From Lingula anatina (lineage: Eukaryota; Animalia; Brachiopoda): DNA of 64,000 nt. A program made the translations under genes and the position numbers. The DNA lies in the NCBI GenBank assembly GCA_051362555.1, contig CM120649.1, positions 17,312,567-17,376,566 on the forward strand. Reading direction: 5' to 3'. The notes below the pieces were generated by a model. That model was not told the origin of the DNA. It saw only the letters and a program-made list of their open reading frames with translations, and ran no database searches. This document shows, in pieces, positions 1 through 11,909 of the stretch. Position 1 is the stretch's first letter. Every line of letters begins with the position of its first letter.

Positions 1-93
1 CATACTCTCATGCACACAGTTCAATTTGATCAATTGAATGTTTGATCAATTAAATTATTTATTTATTTATTTATTCATTTATTTATTTATTAG

Positions 94-237
94 TTGATAA
101 ATGAAAGTGAGGCAACAGTGATGAGGCTGACAGAACAGGCAAAGATTCTCAAGGATGAGATCAGGCGACTGGAGAGGAACCAAGAGAGGGAAAATGCCAT
201 ATCAAACCTTGAATACCTGAAGAATATTGTACTGAAG
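94..237 (+). CDS. GCC2: GRIP and coiled-coil domain protein 2, third-to-last coding exon (gene begins upstream of the window)
   Basis: TAG acceptor at 91-93 and GTAAGT donor at 238. Translates LINESEATVMRLTEQAKILKDEIRRLERNQERENAISNLEYLKNIVLK, matching the GCC2/GCC185 EIRRLERNQERE..NLEYLKN entry into the GRIP domain. Confidence 0.95.
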
Positions 238-467
238 GTAAGTGTTTACTCATAGTAACATTACACTGAAAAATTTGGAGATTTTCACCCCTTTAGTAGA
301 TTAAGCTTGAATAATGGCATAGAACTAGATCAAATTTTGATGCAAGGCTGGCATTTCTGGTCAAAAAATGGATTTCTTTCTAACCTCATCAACCCATTCT
401 TCCTATGAGCCCCACTTTTCATCAGGATACATGAAGTTTAGTGAAGGGAAAATGTTCTGTTTTCCAG

Positions 468-576
468 TTTGTCACATTAAAGACCAGTGAGGAGAGAGAA
501 CAGCTGGTGCCAGTGCTGAACACCATGCTGAAACTGAGTCCTGACGAGAAGACGCTCATCACTTCCATAGCCAGAG
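468..576 (+). CDS. GCC2: GCC2 penultimate exon (GRIP domain core)
   Basis: TTTCCAG acceptor and GTAAGG donor. FVTLKTSEEREQLVPVLNTMLKLSPDEKTLITSIAR is a typical GRIP motif; phase 0 in, phase 1 out. Confidence 0.95.
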
Positions 577-838
577 GTAAGGCTGCTTAGAATACTTGAG
601 ATATCAAACAGCTGTCACAATGAGCAAAAATGTCCTTCAGTTTGAGACCAACTATCATTATTTGTACACAAGCAAAACACTTATTTGCAGGATGCTCATA
701 ACAGGTTATTATACTGAAAAATCCAAAGTGCAAAGATTGTTTGTTGACATTCATATTCAGCCTGAATTTCTGGGGTGGATCATTCAATAAATGTACATAA
801 AACACTATGAATGTGATATACTTAAATTGAATTTTTAG

Positions 839-918
839 GTGAAGATGGCGCCACTGCAGGTAGTGAACAAGCTGGCTGGGGCTCGTACTTGCATCGATGG
901 TCAGGAGGACTGGTGTAA
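839..918 (+). CDS. GCC2: GCC2 terminal coding exon
   Basis: TTTTTAG acceptor, phase 1. GEDGATAGSEQAGWGSYLHRWSGGLV* carries the GCC2 C-terminal GWxSYLHxWSG motif; TAA at 916-918. Confidence 0.93.
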
Positions 919-2804
919 TCGACAGACCTTTGGAGAAGACTGTGTGGCTGGTTTAGGGGGTCTCTGGGGGGGGGGGGGGAGAGGGGGAAAAAGAGAGAGA
1001 GAGATCCTCAATGGAGTCCTTGGTGGAAATTATTTAATAAAATTTTGCTCACAATTTTTAATTTTTAAGAAATTATTTTTCACTGGGGAGGATCCTTGGA
1101 AGCGTTATCATTATATAAAATGGGATTTTGCAGAATTATTTTTCTACTCAAAATTATGGAACGTTTGTGATCTTCGTTTTTGTTGTTGTTGTTGTTGTAT
1201 GTAATCTGTTGTTAGTCTTGAGTATTCTTTGGGATCTGGCCAAAAATGTTACTGTAATACACCTGACCTTGGTGTGACAGTGACAAGTACAGTTACTACT
1301 CAGATTTAATTCATCTGGTTTTTTGTCGCTGTAAAGTTGTATGTAATTAATTATTCAGCTGTGCACAAGAAATAAGATGTTCAGTTTTGTCCGTCCAATG
1401 GAATTGTAATGACAGGTGTTTTCTCTGGATAAACAAGGAGACAGACTGATTATAATGTTATAACTTTAAGAATTTTTGAGAATTTATGACTTAAAAGATG
1501 CACTCTCTGCAAAATTCACGATTTCTTGCCCTTTGAAAAGATTGAGTTATTACCATGATGGGTCATAAATGATGTAGTGATATTTTCTTGTTAATTTTAT
1601 CTACTGCGTGTCATGAATATCATTTGACATGAATATCAAATGTGGGAGTCATTATGAGTACTTTAGAAATGTTTAAATCAGCATTATTTTCATATTAAAA
1701 GCTCAGAATTGTGGTGCTTTATTTAATTGATGATAATAAAGATAAAAATAATGCTAATAGTTTCAAATATTGCATTAATTGTTTTCACGTCATGATTTTA
1801 AATCTGCAAGTAAAATTGAAAAAAAAAAAAATCAAAATTACAGTTTAGGTGAAGGTTTGAAGGAATTTGCGTTAATACAACGAAGCACATTGGTTTTATT
1901 AAAAGACAAAACAACAGACCAATCTATCCCAGACAATGCTTTTCCAGTGACTTATGAAGGACGATGATCTACATTTAGTGGATGCAATTATAGCTTTGTA
2001 TATACATTACTGGAGAGCAATATGGAGAATTAAGCAGTGGCGCATGCTTCACAATGCCATCATTAATTTTATCCTTTGCTTGAGATGAGGTCTCAAATGC
2101 AATTACTGATATTCACTCTGAATGGTTTAGGTTGGATGACGTTATTACTTCACAGGATATTTCAGAATACCAGGAAGATTTTTGTAACAGAACTAATTAA
2201 GATAATAACCAAAAGCAATGATTTAAGTGTATAAGAATTAATTCAGATGTTAAGGTATGGCTGGTTCATATGAATTGATTAATAGAAATAATCTTGACAA
2301 TGGGAATTGGAAATGTTTTTGTTACATTCAAGAGATATGTAAATCATATTCTAAATGCTTACAGTAGTTGCAATGGTTAGCTTTTCTTTATTATTCAGAG
2401 GTGTTGTGGTTGTCAGTTGTTGGTTGTTTTTATCAATGTTCATATTAATAACTATCTGTTTAGTCTATGACACTGGAGTGTGTAATATACTCTGACTTGT
2501 TCTGTGATATATGACTAATAACTCAAGACATGAAAATGGATGACTCACTGTATACCAATGTGTTAAAGTCAGAATTATGAATTGCTGCATTTCATTCCAA
2601 CAGTGTGTATTTCTAGATTCCAGTCATCTTCTTTTTTTAAGGGGGTATACGCAAAAAAAAAAAAAAGGATTCATGTAATACAGATAGTTAATGTGCATGA
2701 AATTTTTGTTTTACATTGTGAGATTTATAAAAATCCAGATTTAATCTTATGTAATTTGGTATTTTGGGTGTGCATTGTTCTCAAGGATTTAATTGGGTAC
2801 TTGA

Positions 2805-2810
2805 AATAAA
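2805..2810 (+). terminator. Candidate distal polyadenylation signal for GCC2
   Basis: AATAAA followed by GT/T-rich sequence, at the end of an AT-rich UTR-like tract and before the CpG-richer AMMECR1 5' region. An earlier AATAAA lies near 1735. Confidence 0.35.
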
Positions 2811-3200
2811 AAAGGTGCATGAAAAAGTACACTGCAGTGTTTGTTAGCTTTTAAGATAATTGTATTACATATTTTTTGTATGATCCAATAGTTGAATACT
2901 GTGGTTTCAGAAATTATGTACTTGAGGGGGTATATAGAATAATTATGTAACAATATTTGGTATAACTGTTTAAAGGTCATCGTGTGTTTCAATTTTAGTA
3001 ATGGAAAAATAATGAATATCATTCGAGTTCAAAGACGAATTATGGTAAACGGCTTTCTTTAAATTAATGCAAAATAAGACGAGTAGCTTCATCAAAAATT
3101 AGCGCAATTTGTTAGTGTCGCAACAAACGCAATCAATAACTTCTGGCTTCCAACTCTCGCAGCCAGCTCCGAGAAACTCCGAGATCGTGGATTGCTAATC

Positions 3201-3412
3201 ATGGCTGCTGGCTGTTGTGGGGTGAAGAAACAAAAGCTCAACAACTCAATGCCAGCCGTCTGCTGCAATGGCTCATCAGTCCATCCAAATGGATATTCCA
3301 ATGGTCTCACGGTCCGGCCAGAGATGTGTTATTACTGTTTTGACGTTCTCTACTGCCATTTGTTCAACTGCGAGCCACCCAAAGGACCCCTTACATTCAC
3401 AAACGATCCATA
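3201..3412 (+). CDS. AMMECR1: AMMECR1 family protein, exon 1
   Basis: ATC-ATG-G start. MAAGCCGVKKQKL is the AMMECR1 N-terminus and MCYYCFDVLYCHL the start of the domain. The exon ends CCA TA|GTAAGT, so the TAG 'stop' in the ORF track is a split Tyr codon plus the donor. Confidence 0.95.
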
Positions 3413-3999
3413 GTAAGTGTGGGCGGGCGGGTATTTTTTTTTATCAAAACTTAAAAAGTCAAGATTTAAAGTCGAATCATTTAACGGTGACTCATTAGAG
3501 TAAGTTTGATGTTTACGTCATGCGTACCGTAAACGGTTTGAAGACAAGGCTTGAAATTTTAAAGAATATATCCTTTGTTTACGTCCTATGATTTCAACAC
3601 CCCTCTTCTCCTTATTAAACTCGCCCGAAGTGGCCGTTCCCTTTGATGATGAGCGGAGTGATGGAGGTCAGTTGGGGGTGATAGGAGGGGACAGTAAGGG
3701 GGACATTTCAGGTGACATATGGTCTAGCTGCCTTCTTTGTTCTTTTATAATTGATTTTTAGGACAGGTACAGGGACTCTACGGGGGTGTGACCCAGAGCT
3801 GACCTGAACTTAGGAGAATGATCCAGTTTTGAAATGTTGTTTATTTTTATGACACTTTCTGATTTATTTTTTATAGACTGAATGTTTGAATAAGTATTTT
3901 TGTAAAATGTTTTTTATTGCAAGAGAGAAGGAGAGAGAGAAAGAAGAAGAGGATTTTTCACCAGTTAAGGGTGACATTGAGTAGAAAAACCAAATCCAA

Positions 4000-4000
4000 C

Positions 4001-4048
<48 letters not shown>
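4000..4048. repeat. (GT)n microsatellite
   Basis: Direct reading; flanked by GA-rich tracts. Confidence 0.95.
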
Positions 4049-4060
<12 letters not shown>

Positions 4061-4427
4061 AGGAGAGAGAGAGGGGACAGCTAGGGTCTTTTAATCTTTG
4101 AATGAGGCCCAACCACTTTCAAGTGTGTGTGTATGAGGAAAAGAAAGGTCTCAAATAAAGAAAAATTAATATACCTACCTGTTATCATAAACCATATTAG
4201 GTACACCACAAATAAATGTAGAGTATGTGGTTATAATTGGAAAGCACAGGAAGACGTGCCTGTCACAGCCACCTTGCTGATGAGTGGCATATATCTGAAT
4301 CATACAGTCCTTTTTTTTTTTTTTTGAGAGTAAGTGACATATATGTATATATGCAAGGCACATGGCACCAGGATCTTTTGTTTTTTCTTTGTCCATTTTG
4401 GTACTAAGCCAACACACAGTGTTTTAA

Positions 4428-6001
4428 GGGGTCTAGGATATTAAAAATACGTCTAAAACTCGATTTTTAGTTTTTTATACGTTAGAAATAATCAATTTTG
4501 TATCTAATACTCAATTAAGTAATATTTGTGAAACACGGACTAAAAATATACATTTGGACGAGTTTTTCTACCTGTCCTGACTGGTACGGGTGGCAGGCTT
4601 TAGGCTCCGCCTCCGTTGTCAAGCACCGTTACTATGGGGGCGGGGCAAGAATGGTTGTCTAACTTCTTAAGCTGTTACGCGTGCCCTGGCAGCTCATAAG
4701 TCTTACGTCAGCTAAGCAGAACACAGTTATATACACAGTCATGGGAAGAAAGAAAGTCGTGAGAAAACGGATGAGCGAGGAAAGCAAGAGAATTTTGAAA
4801 GAGAGTGCTTCTGGTGGATGGAGAAACCCCGCGGTAAAGACTCGAGATCACACTTGAACTGCTGAGTATTCGTACAACGTCTGGGGTTGTCAGAAAAAAA
4901 TCGTTAGGCAATCATTTTATGCACAATAAAGATTGTAATAGCAAGCAAGTTTTAAAGTAATATTGCCACCCAAAACATTTTCAAATTCGCATATTACGGT
5001 CTTGGCACTCTGTGGCATCATGGCATATACGTACCCACATTCGGCCATTTCTCGGAGTAAATCTTGCTTTACTTTCTCAACTTTCGCGTCTTGGTGTGTA
5101 GAGCGGCGCCCACGCACGACGGGTGGCATTGTCCTCTGCTGGCACACCAAGTAATCCTCTTTTTGTTTGTAAGCGCTTCCTTAGACACTTCCTAGACAGT
5201 GCACAGACTCCTACTGCGTCAGGCACAATTATGATTAATTACGTCAGTGAAACGAGAGTAGGTAGACCTACTCAGCTGTCAATCATTTCCCAGGGAAGAG
5301 CGACTTTCGTGGTACGAATAAGTTTGCGTACAAAAGTAAGATTTTCTGGCATCTAGATAGAAACAAACAACCCAATTTTAACACGTAATGGTGTATAGAC
5401 CTTCCCGATCAACAAGATGATAACAGGTAAGGTGGAGGTGCAATTATTTTGCTTAAATAGCCCAATTACCTGAGCAAAATGGTTTAGGAGCGATTTCTCA
5501 GCTTTGAAGATTGATAACATAGTCTAAACTTCAATCCCCATATCTCATTCTGTAACTGTCAGATTGACATGAAATTTGATGTGTCTCTGTTTCAGTATAA
5601 TATCTAGTCGTCTGAGTCTTGGTTTTTGGATTGACCTTTTATTTTTGAAGTTATTAATACTGAAATTGGAAGGTCCATATATATTTCGTAAAATTCACGT
5701 TTTATCAAAATAAAATCAAAAGTAAAAATAAAAAGAGAAAATCCTGACAGAGTTTAATGGAGTTTGTGCTAACCTTTAGATAGCTATTTCAATCGTATTA
5801 ATAGGGCTTTTTGTTTAAGAGAAATTCTTGAATAAAAAAAAGACAATTTTAGCCTCAAAACGCTGATATTACGTCACTCGTGTTACACTGTGACTACAAA
5901 CTTTGAAAAATTGTTTGGCTTGCTAGACCTTTTCTTTAAGTTAATAGGAAATTTCATTAGCTGCATTAGTTTTGGACTTTTTCGTTAATATCCAAGATCC
6001 C
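4428..6001. mobile_element. Non-autonomous Kolobok-type DNA transposon in AMMECR1 intron 1
   Basis: TTAA on both sides (4424-4427 and 6002-6005). Imperfect TIRs: GGGGTCTAGGATATTAA..AAAACT versus reverse complement GGGATCTTGGATATTAA..AAAACT. Purine-purine termini with TTAA duplication are the Kolobok signature. The interior is CpG-rich. Confidence 0.85.
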
Positions 6002-7374
6002 TTAACATCCATTAATACTGTGTGTCTCTCTCTCTCTACTACTTAAATCACACCTGCTAAGAGCATATATATGTATATCCTCATAACCATCCCATTAGGT
6101 TTAAAAACATAGAGGCTGATGTTATATCAGTCCAGATGGATGATGGTATGTATTGGTGTAGGAAATTGGATGTGTTCACTGACTGAAATATGTTTAGGTG
6201 ATTCTTGTACATAATAGCCAGCATATTACGAAATTGTACGTTTGAACCGAGCATCAGTGGATTGTGGATTCCCATTAACACATACAAACCACTTCTAATA
6301 GTTTCTTATATGAGACAAATGAAGACCCCATACCGGGGATAAACCAAATTACTAGTACTATTAACCACTAGATCAGCCAAAAAAAGAGCTTTAAAGTGCA
6401 ACTTCTTCAGATTTTTTAATGTAAATTTGACCTACTTACCTGACCACTTTATATACAGCACAAATATCATTTTTCAGGAAATATACTTCATATTAGGAAA
6501 TGATGCCTCTTGGTACATCTCTAAGTTATACTATTTGAAACTATATGGTTGCATTTGGTGGGCTTTTGTGCCAAAAGGTTGACTTTTAATGTCTTTCTCC
6601 TGAGCAGAACAGAAAACTGTACACTGTACGTGAGAAGGGCCAAACTGTAGTAGAATGTTCTTTCCTGTCATTCTTAAACAATACAAGTCTTTGATTACAT
6701 GATTATTAGGATATTTTCAGGGCCCCAGAGAATAAGATGATATCAGACCCTGGATTTCCTGGAGTAAAACATAGTTACTATAGCAACAGCTTCTAGGTGC
6801 CTGTAACCCACTTTAATGAAAGTTAACCCTTACCTCAGCACAGTCATACAGAAATGTACATACACTTCACTTTTTTCAACCAAGTACACATACTTAAGAT
6901 TGACATGTACTTTTTCATTTAGTGTACGTACAAAATACCCCCAAGTTCTAAATCTTTTTGAAACCATATTGAAATTTGTTTTTTTTTTCAGTGGAGATAA
7001 TTTCCTGAGGCTGACATGATATTTTAGGTTATCTTATTAAAATGTGATATGAATGCTAAGAAAAAGATGAATGTGGAGACTGCATATATTCTTCCTCTTC
7101 CTGTTGCTGGCATTTAATATATATGTAATCATCAAGTGATGAATGATTGGCTGATATTATATCATATTTTTAAGTAGTGCAAGAAGGTCAAATCAAGCAG
7201 GGATGAGGGTTTTCCACAGAAATGCAGGTTTCTGAGTTTTTTTCCAGAGAAAAATGTCAAAATTGTTAATTTTCCAGAGTTTTTTTCATGTCAAACCATT
7301 CACATCTCTGATTAAGGTGATCATAGAAGTACTTCTATTTACCTTATTTCTGGGGTATAATTTGTTCTCTTTTA

Positions 7375-7589
7375 CACCCCATTTCCATAGATTAGATCGA
7401 TCTACTTTAGATCGACCTAACACCCTGGGGGTTCACGCTAAATAGCTGTCAGCCGGGCAGACACGAAAGTTAATTACCCCCTTACAGCTTGTAGTAGGCG
7501 GGACGGACATTTAAGTATGATTATCTGAAAGAAGTCTAGTGAGACTCCCTGTGGGGATAGATCGATCTAAAATCTATGGGAATAGAGCC
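7375..7589. mobile_element. MITE family A, copy 1 (Harbinger-like)
   Basis: TIR CCCCATTTCCATAGATT-AGATCGATC ... GATCGATCTAAAATCTATGGGAAT. The interior aligns by eye with 20444-20670 and 31487-31712. Confidence 0.85.
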
Positions 7590-8919
7590 TAAGATATGTA
7601 AAATGGGCTGTTGTATTATGTAAAAGTCCAAGGTTCATGGCAAAAGTAATGGATGGTTATGTCTGTCATGTATGATAAATCACCAGGCCAATTGTTAAGT
7701 AGTCAAAGCTTCAAAATGAGTTGAAAAAAGAGGAGGGGGGGGGGGGGGGCGGGGGGGGGGGGGGACCACTCATAGTGTAATGGTGAGCCCAAGACTTCAC
7801 AGCTGTTGAAGTTGATATATACAAAAATCTAAGATATAAGAATGATTTATTAAAAGTACAGAGCAAATATGTTTTTTGGTTGTACATAAACTCAAACTAG
7901 ACCATGACCTATGCCATGTTGAAGTGAAAAAAGAATTGCTCACGTAACGTGAGGCTGTTCAGTGTCGCTGATCTGGGGATAATGGAGCCAGGTTACAGTG
8001 GAAATTGCCATCAACATAATGAGAAAGGGAAAAAAAAGACATCTTGTTGTTGCAAAGAGAGTGTGTGTTAAGGACAGGATATTGGGTTCTGGTTCTGAAG
8101 TTCTTTGCCTGCTTTGTTAATATTTCTTTCTGTCTCATTAGAGAGGGCTGTTCTAGTTCACAGTAATGTGATATTGTATATATATATATAGTTTTTCTGC
8201 GTCCTGTTATGAGTATTATTTTATTCAAGATGTGTTATCTATATGAACACAAATACATTTACACACATTCGTAAATAGCCTCTATCCAGGACGGACACAC
8301 ACACACACACTCTTTCATTCTCACTCACTCACACACACACACGCACGCGCGCGCGCGGGGCAGGTACCAGTACAGGCCAGGGTGGATGGTCGGCAGTCTG
8401 TGATGTTATTGTCTGCTCCTATGGCCATCGTCAGTAAGATTTTGTTTGCACCAGTAGATTTTTTCAGAGTGTGTGAATCCTGATTGGGATCAGTAGACTA
8501 GTGTTTAGGGGAGTGGTCTGAATGGTCAGTCACCTGAAAAGGGTATGGCACAAAGATTGACCTGTGGTCAAATTTTTTGAGACTGTCTCCCAACTTGATG
8601 TGAATAGCTTCCAGGACTTTCTGGTAAAGTTCCTTTGTACCAAGCGCAACAACATTTTCAATATCAGCTTTTGATTGAAGAAAAACTACCTGCTTTATAC
8701 TTGATGAATGGATTTTCTGGATTTTATTCGCAATACCTGTATATTAAATCCAGTTCGTCATAAGTAACCTTACAGTAAAGGTAGTAGCACCTGTTCATAA
8801 CATTCAGCTTATAATATGAAGCCTTCTGGTTCAATACAAGTCAATAAAATCTAGCTCAACATAACGAGTAGCCTTGATGTACAAAACCTGTTAATAAAAT
8901 ACTGCTTATGATGTGAGAC

Positions 8920-9111
8920 TGGTTGCAGAAAAAGCTGCAGACCTAAGACTACACGGAGAAGAACTGTTGAGGCAGAGTTGAAACAACAGGGAGAAAACTG
9001 GGGAACGATCCAACACCTACTAGTAGGTCGTGACAGAGAACAGTGGAAGATCTTTGATGGTGGCCTTAACAACTTGCCGGTGTAAAAGGAATGGATGATG
9101 ATGATGATGAT
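8920..9111 (+). mobile_element. 3' remnant of an RTE-clade non-LTR retrotransposon
   Basis: Translates RPKTTRRRTVEAELKQQGENWGTIQHL..DREQWK, resembling the RTE C-terminal GRPKTTWRRTVE..W..DR..W pattern, and ends in a (GAT)n tail. Confidence 0.75.
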
Positions 9112-9610
9112 AAAGAAATTTAGGACTAGGGCGAGCCCAGGATGATGTAATGTGTGACTACTTCATGCAGTACCTTTGTATTGTCTCTGTTCGTTGTTGA
9201 CAGCCATTATGTGTCTGGTCATTTAGCCATCACCTGTATCTGTAGTCAGTATTGCAATCTGTTTAACTGTTGCTGTAATTACTTGTGATAAAAGCTGGTA
9301 TTCAGCATTTGTCTGCATCATTTTAAACAGGAAAGATTATTGTTGAGCAAAAAGGATACAGTTTAGCTTGGAAATTGTATATTTATAAATTCGTGCTGTT
9401 TTTTTAAGTGCAATTGGTAAATTGTGTGTCATAGTTCCAGGAAAAACTGGATGGTTTGAATTTTTTTTTAAATTCTTCTTTTCTGTTGATGGTGGTACAC
9501 TCAGCAGATCTCATTTTAGGATGAACACCGTTGTGGGGGAAAAAAAAAAGATAGACATTATATATATATGTCTGAGTCTGTTCAGATTGCATAGATCTGT
9601 GAATGAATAG

Positions 9611-9940
<330 letters not shown>

Positions 9941-10112
9941 TAATTAAATAAGCCCATACATCAATCTCATTCATTTTTTCTTTAATATTCACAAGGATTT
10001 TTTAATTCTTCCTTTAAATTAGAGATTTATTACGAGTTTTCTCAAAAAAACAGATCATATTTTAAACTCTTTCACAGCTTCATCTGTCCCAAGACTTCAT
10101 ATCTAATTGTAG

Positions 10113-10286
<174 letters not shown>

Positions 10287-11078
10287 TGATAATGCATGTG
10301 CGCACAGACATGCACGTGTTCATAAAAAAATAAGAATTTGTTGAATCTGTTTATAGGTATTCTGAAAAAAAATATTTTTCATCATATCCTAGCAAAATGT
10401 TTTATGTATAACTAGAAATTTCTGAAAAATGTATGGAGAAATAAAGCAGTTAAAGACAGGGTGAATTGGATTTAAAAAAATTAAAAAGTCTTGAAAAATA
10501 TGTTGAAATAAAGAGAATTTATACAGATAGTGCAGAGTCATAAAATGGTAGAATGAAGACTCTTCATATGCTAACTCCTAAACTCGGCCCCCCTGCCCAC
10601 TGCTGTGACCACTACTAGATAGATGTACATCACATATCATTTACTAAGTCAGGTATTTATAGACATTTAATAAAATTATAAGCTTAAGTTCGGTGAAAAA
10701 ACATTAGTACTGCACTGTAATCTTAAACAGGGATGCTGTCATGCCGTGCTTCCTTGAACGCCATCTAAAATTTCGTCTTAAAATGAAAAAGTAATTTGTT
10801 TACGACACAACGTAAACCGAGAGTGGAAAAGCTAACTGGGTAACTATCACCTGTAAAGATCTATGTGGTGGCAAGAAATGTTGTCTGGTTCATTGATTGC
10901 GTTAACCTCCCCTGTTGACACGCTGGCAAGGAAGATCTTGTTAATGGAGCTAAAAGCTTCTCCTTAAGTTAATTATCTGTCCTCAGTTATGTCATCATTC
11001 TGCTTTGGAAGGATGCTCTGTGGGGTTCTAAATTTAGAAAGGTTTTCTCTGAATGGTTTCTCTTCTAATGGTAATCAG

Positions 11079-11180
11079 GAGAGGCCATTCTAGTATCATT
11101 TTTGAGCTAGGCAAGCAGTAGAGGCCATTCTAGTATCATTATTGAGCAATGCAAGCGGTAGAGGCCATTCTAGTATCATG
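11079..11180. repeat. 40-bp tandem repeat, about 2.5 copies
   Basis: GAGGCCATTCTAGTATCAT recurs at 11081, 11121 and 11161. Confidence 0.9.
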
Positions 11181-11589
11181 ATGATTGAACAAGAAGTGTC
11201 AAGAAGTTTATATTTAGATATACAAGTTATATTTAGATCAACAGTCATTATTCACAGTCTCATGTACAACCTTGAACTTAAAATAATTTGTGAACACAGC
11301 TGCAATTTTGACTAGAAAGTTGGTTTCTTCTTACAAAGGCTTGGAGAAAAATGACATTTTTCAAGAAGATTCAATTTGTTAAATTGATTTCTTAGTTTAG
11401 AAACACGTATTGTTAGATGAACAAAGTGTTTGACTTTGAGAACATTTGATAATTTTTCACAAATTTATCAGAAATTTTGAAAAAAAAAATTCAAGGCTTA
11501 GGTTTAAGCAAGAAATATTCAGAAGTAACCCACAGACTTGTGGTTCTCAGTTTCAGCCAAGTCATACTGGCTCTAATTTCCATTTCTAG

Positions 11590-11745
<156 letters not shown>

Positions 11746-11909
11746 TGAAAGCTTCATTATGAGCTTTGATTATGATTCCATCTTTATGTTCGTTTATGAT
11801 GGTGTCAAAACTTTCACTTTGATATATTGATGTAGGGATGCTTGAAAGGTTTGAACTGAAATATGAAACATTAATGCATGCATGCACACTCATACACTCA
11901 CATTCCATA

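Noticed and set aside
839-1204. 121-aa ORF ending in poly-Cys
   Set aside because: Wrong frame over the last GCC2 exon and 3' UTR; the Gly and Cys runs come from poly-G and (TGT)n.
6361-7032. Possible piggyBac-like element (TTAACC...TCAGCC / GGCTGA...GGTTAT)
   Set aside because: The terminal match is too short and degenerate, and the right TTAA is absent.
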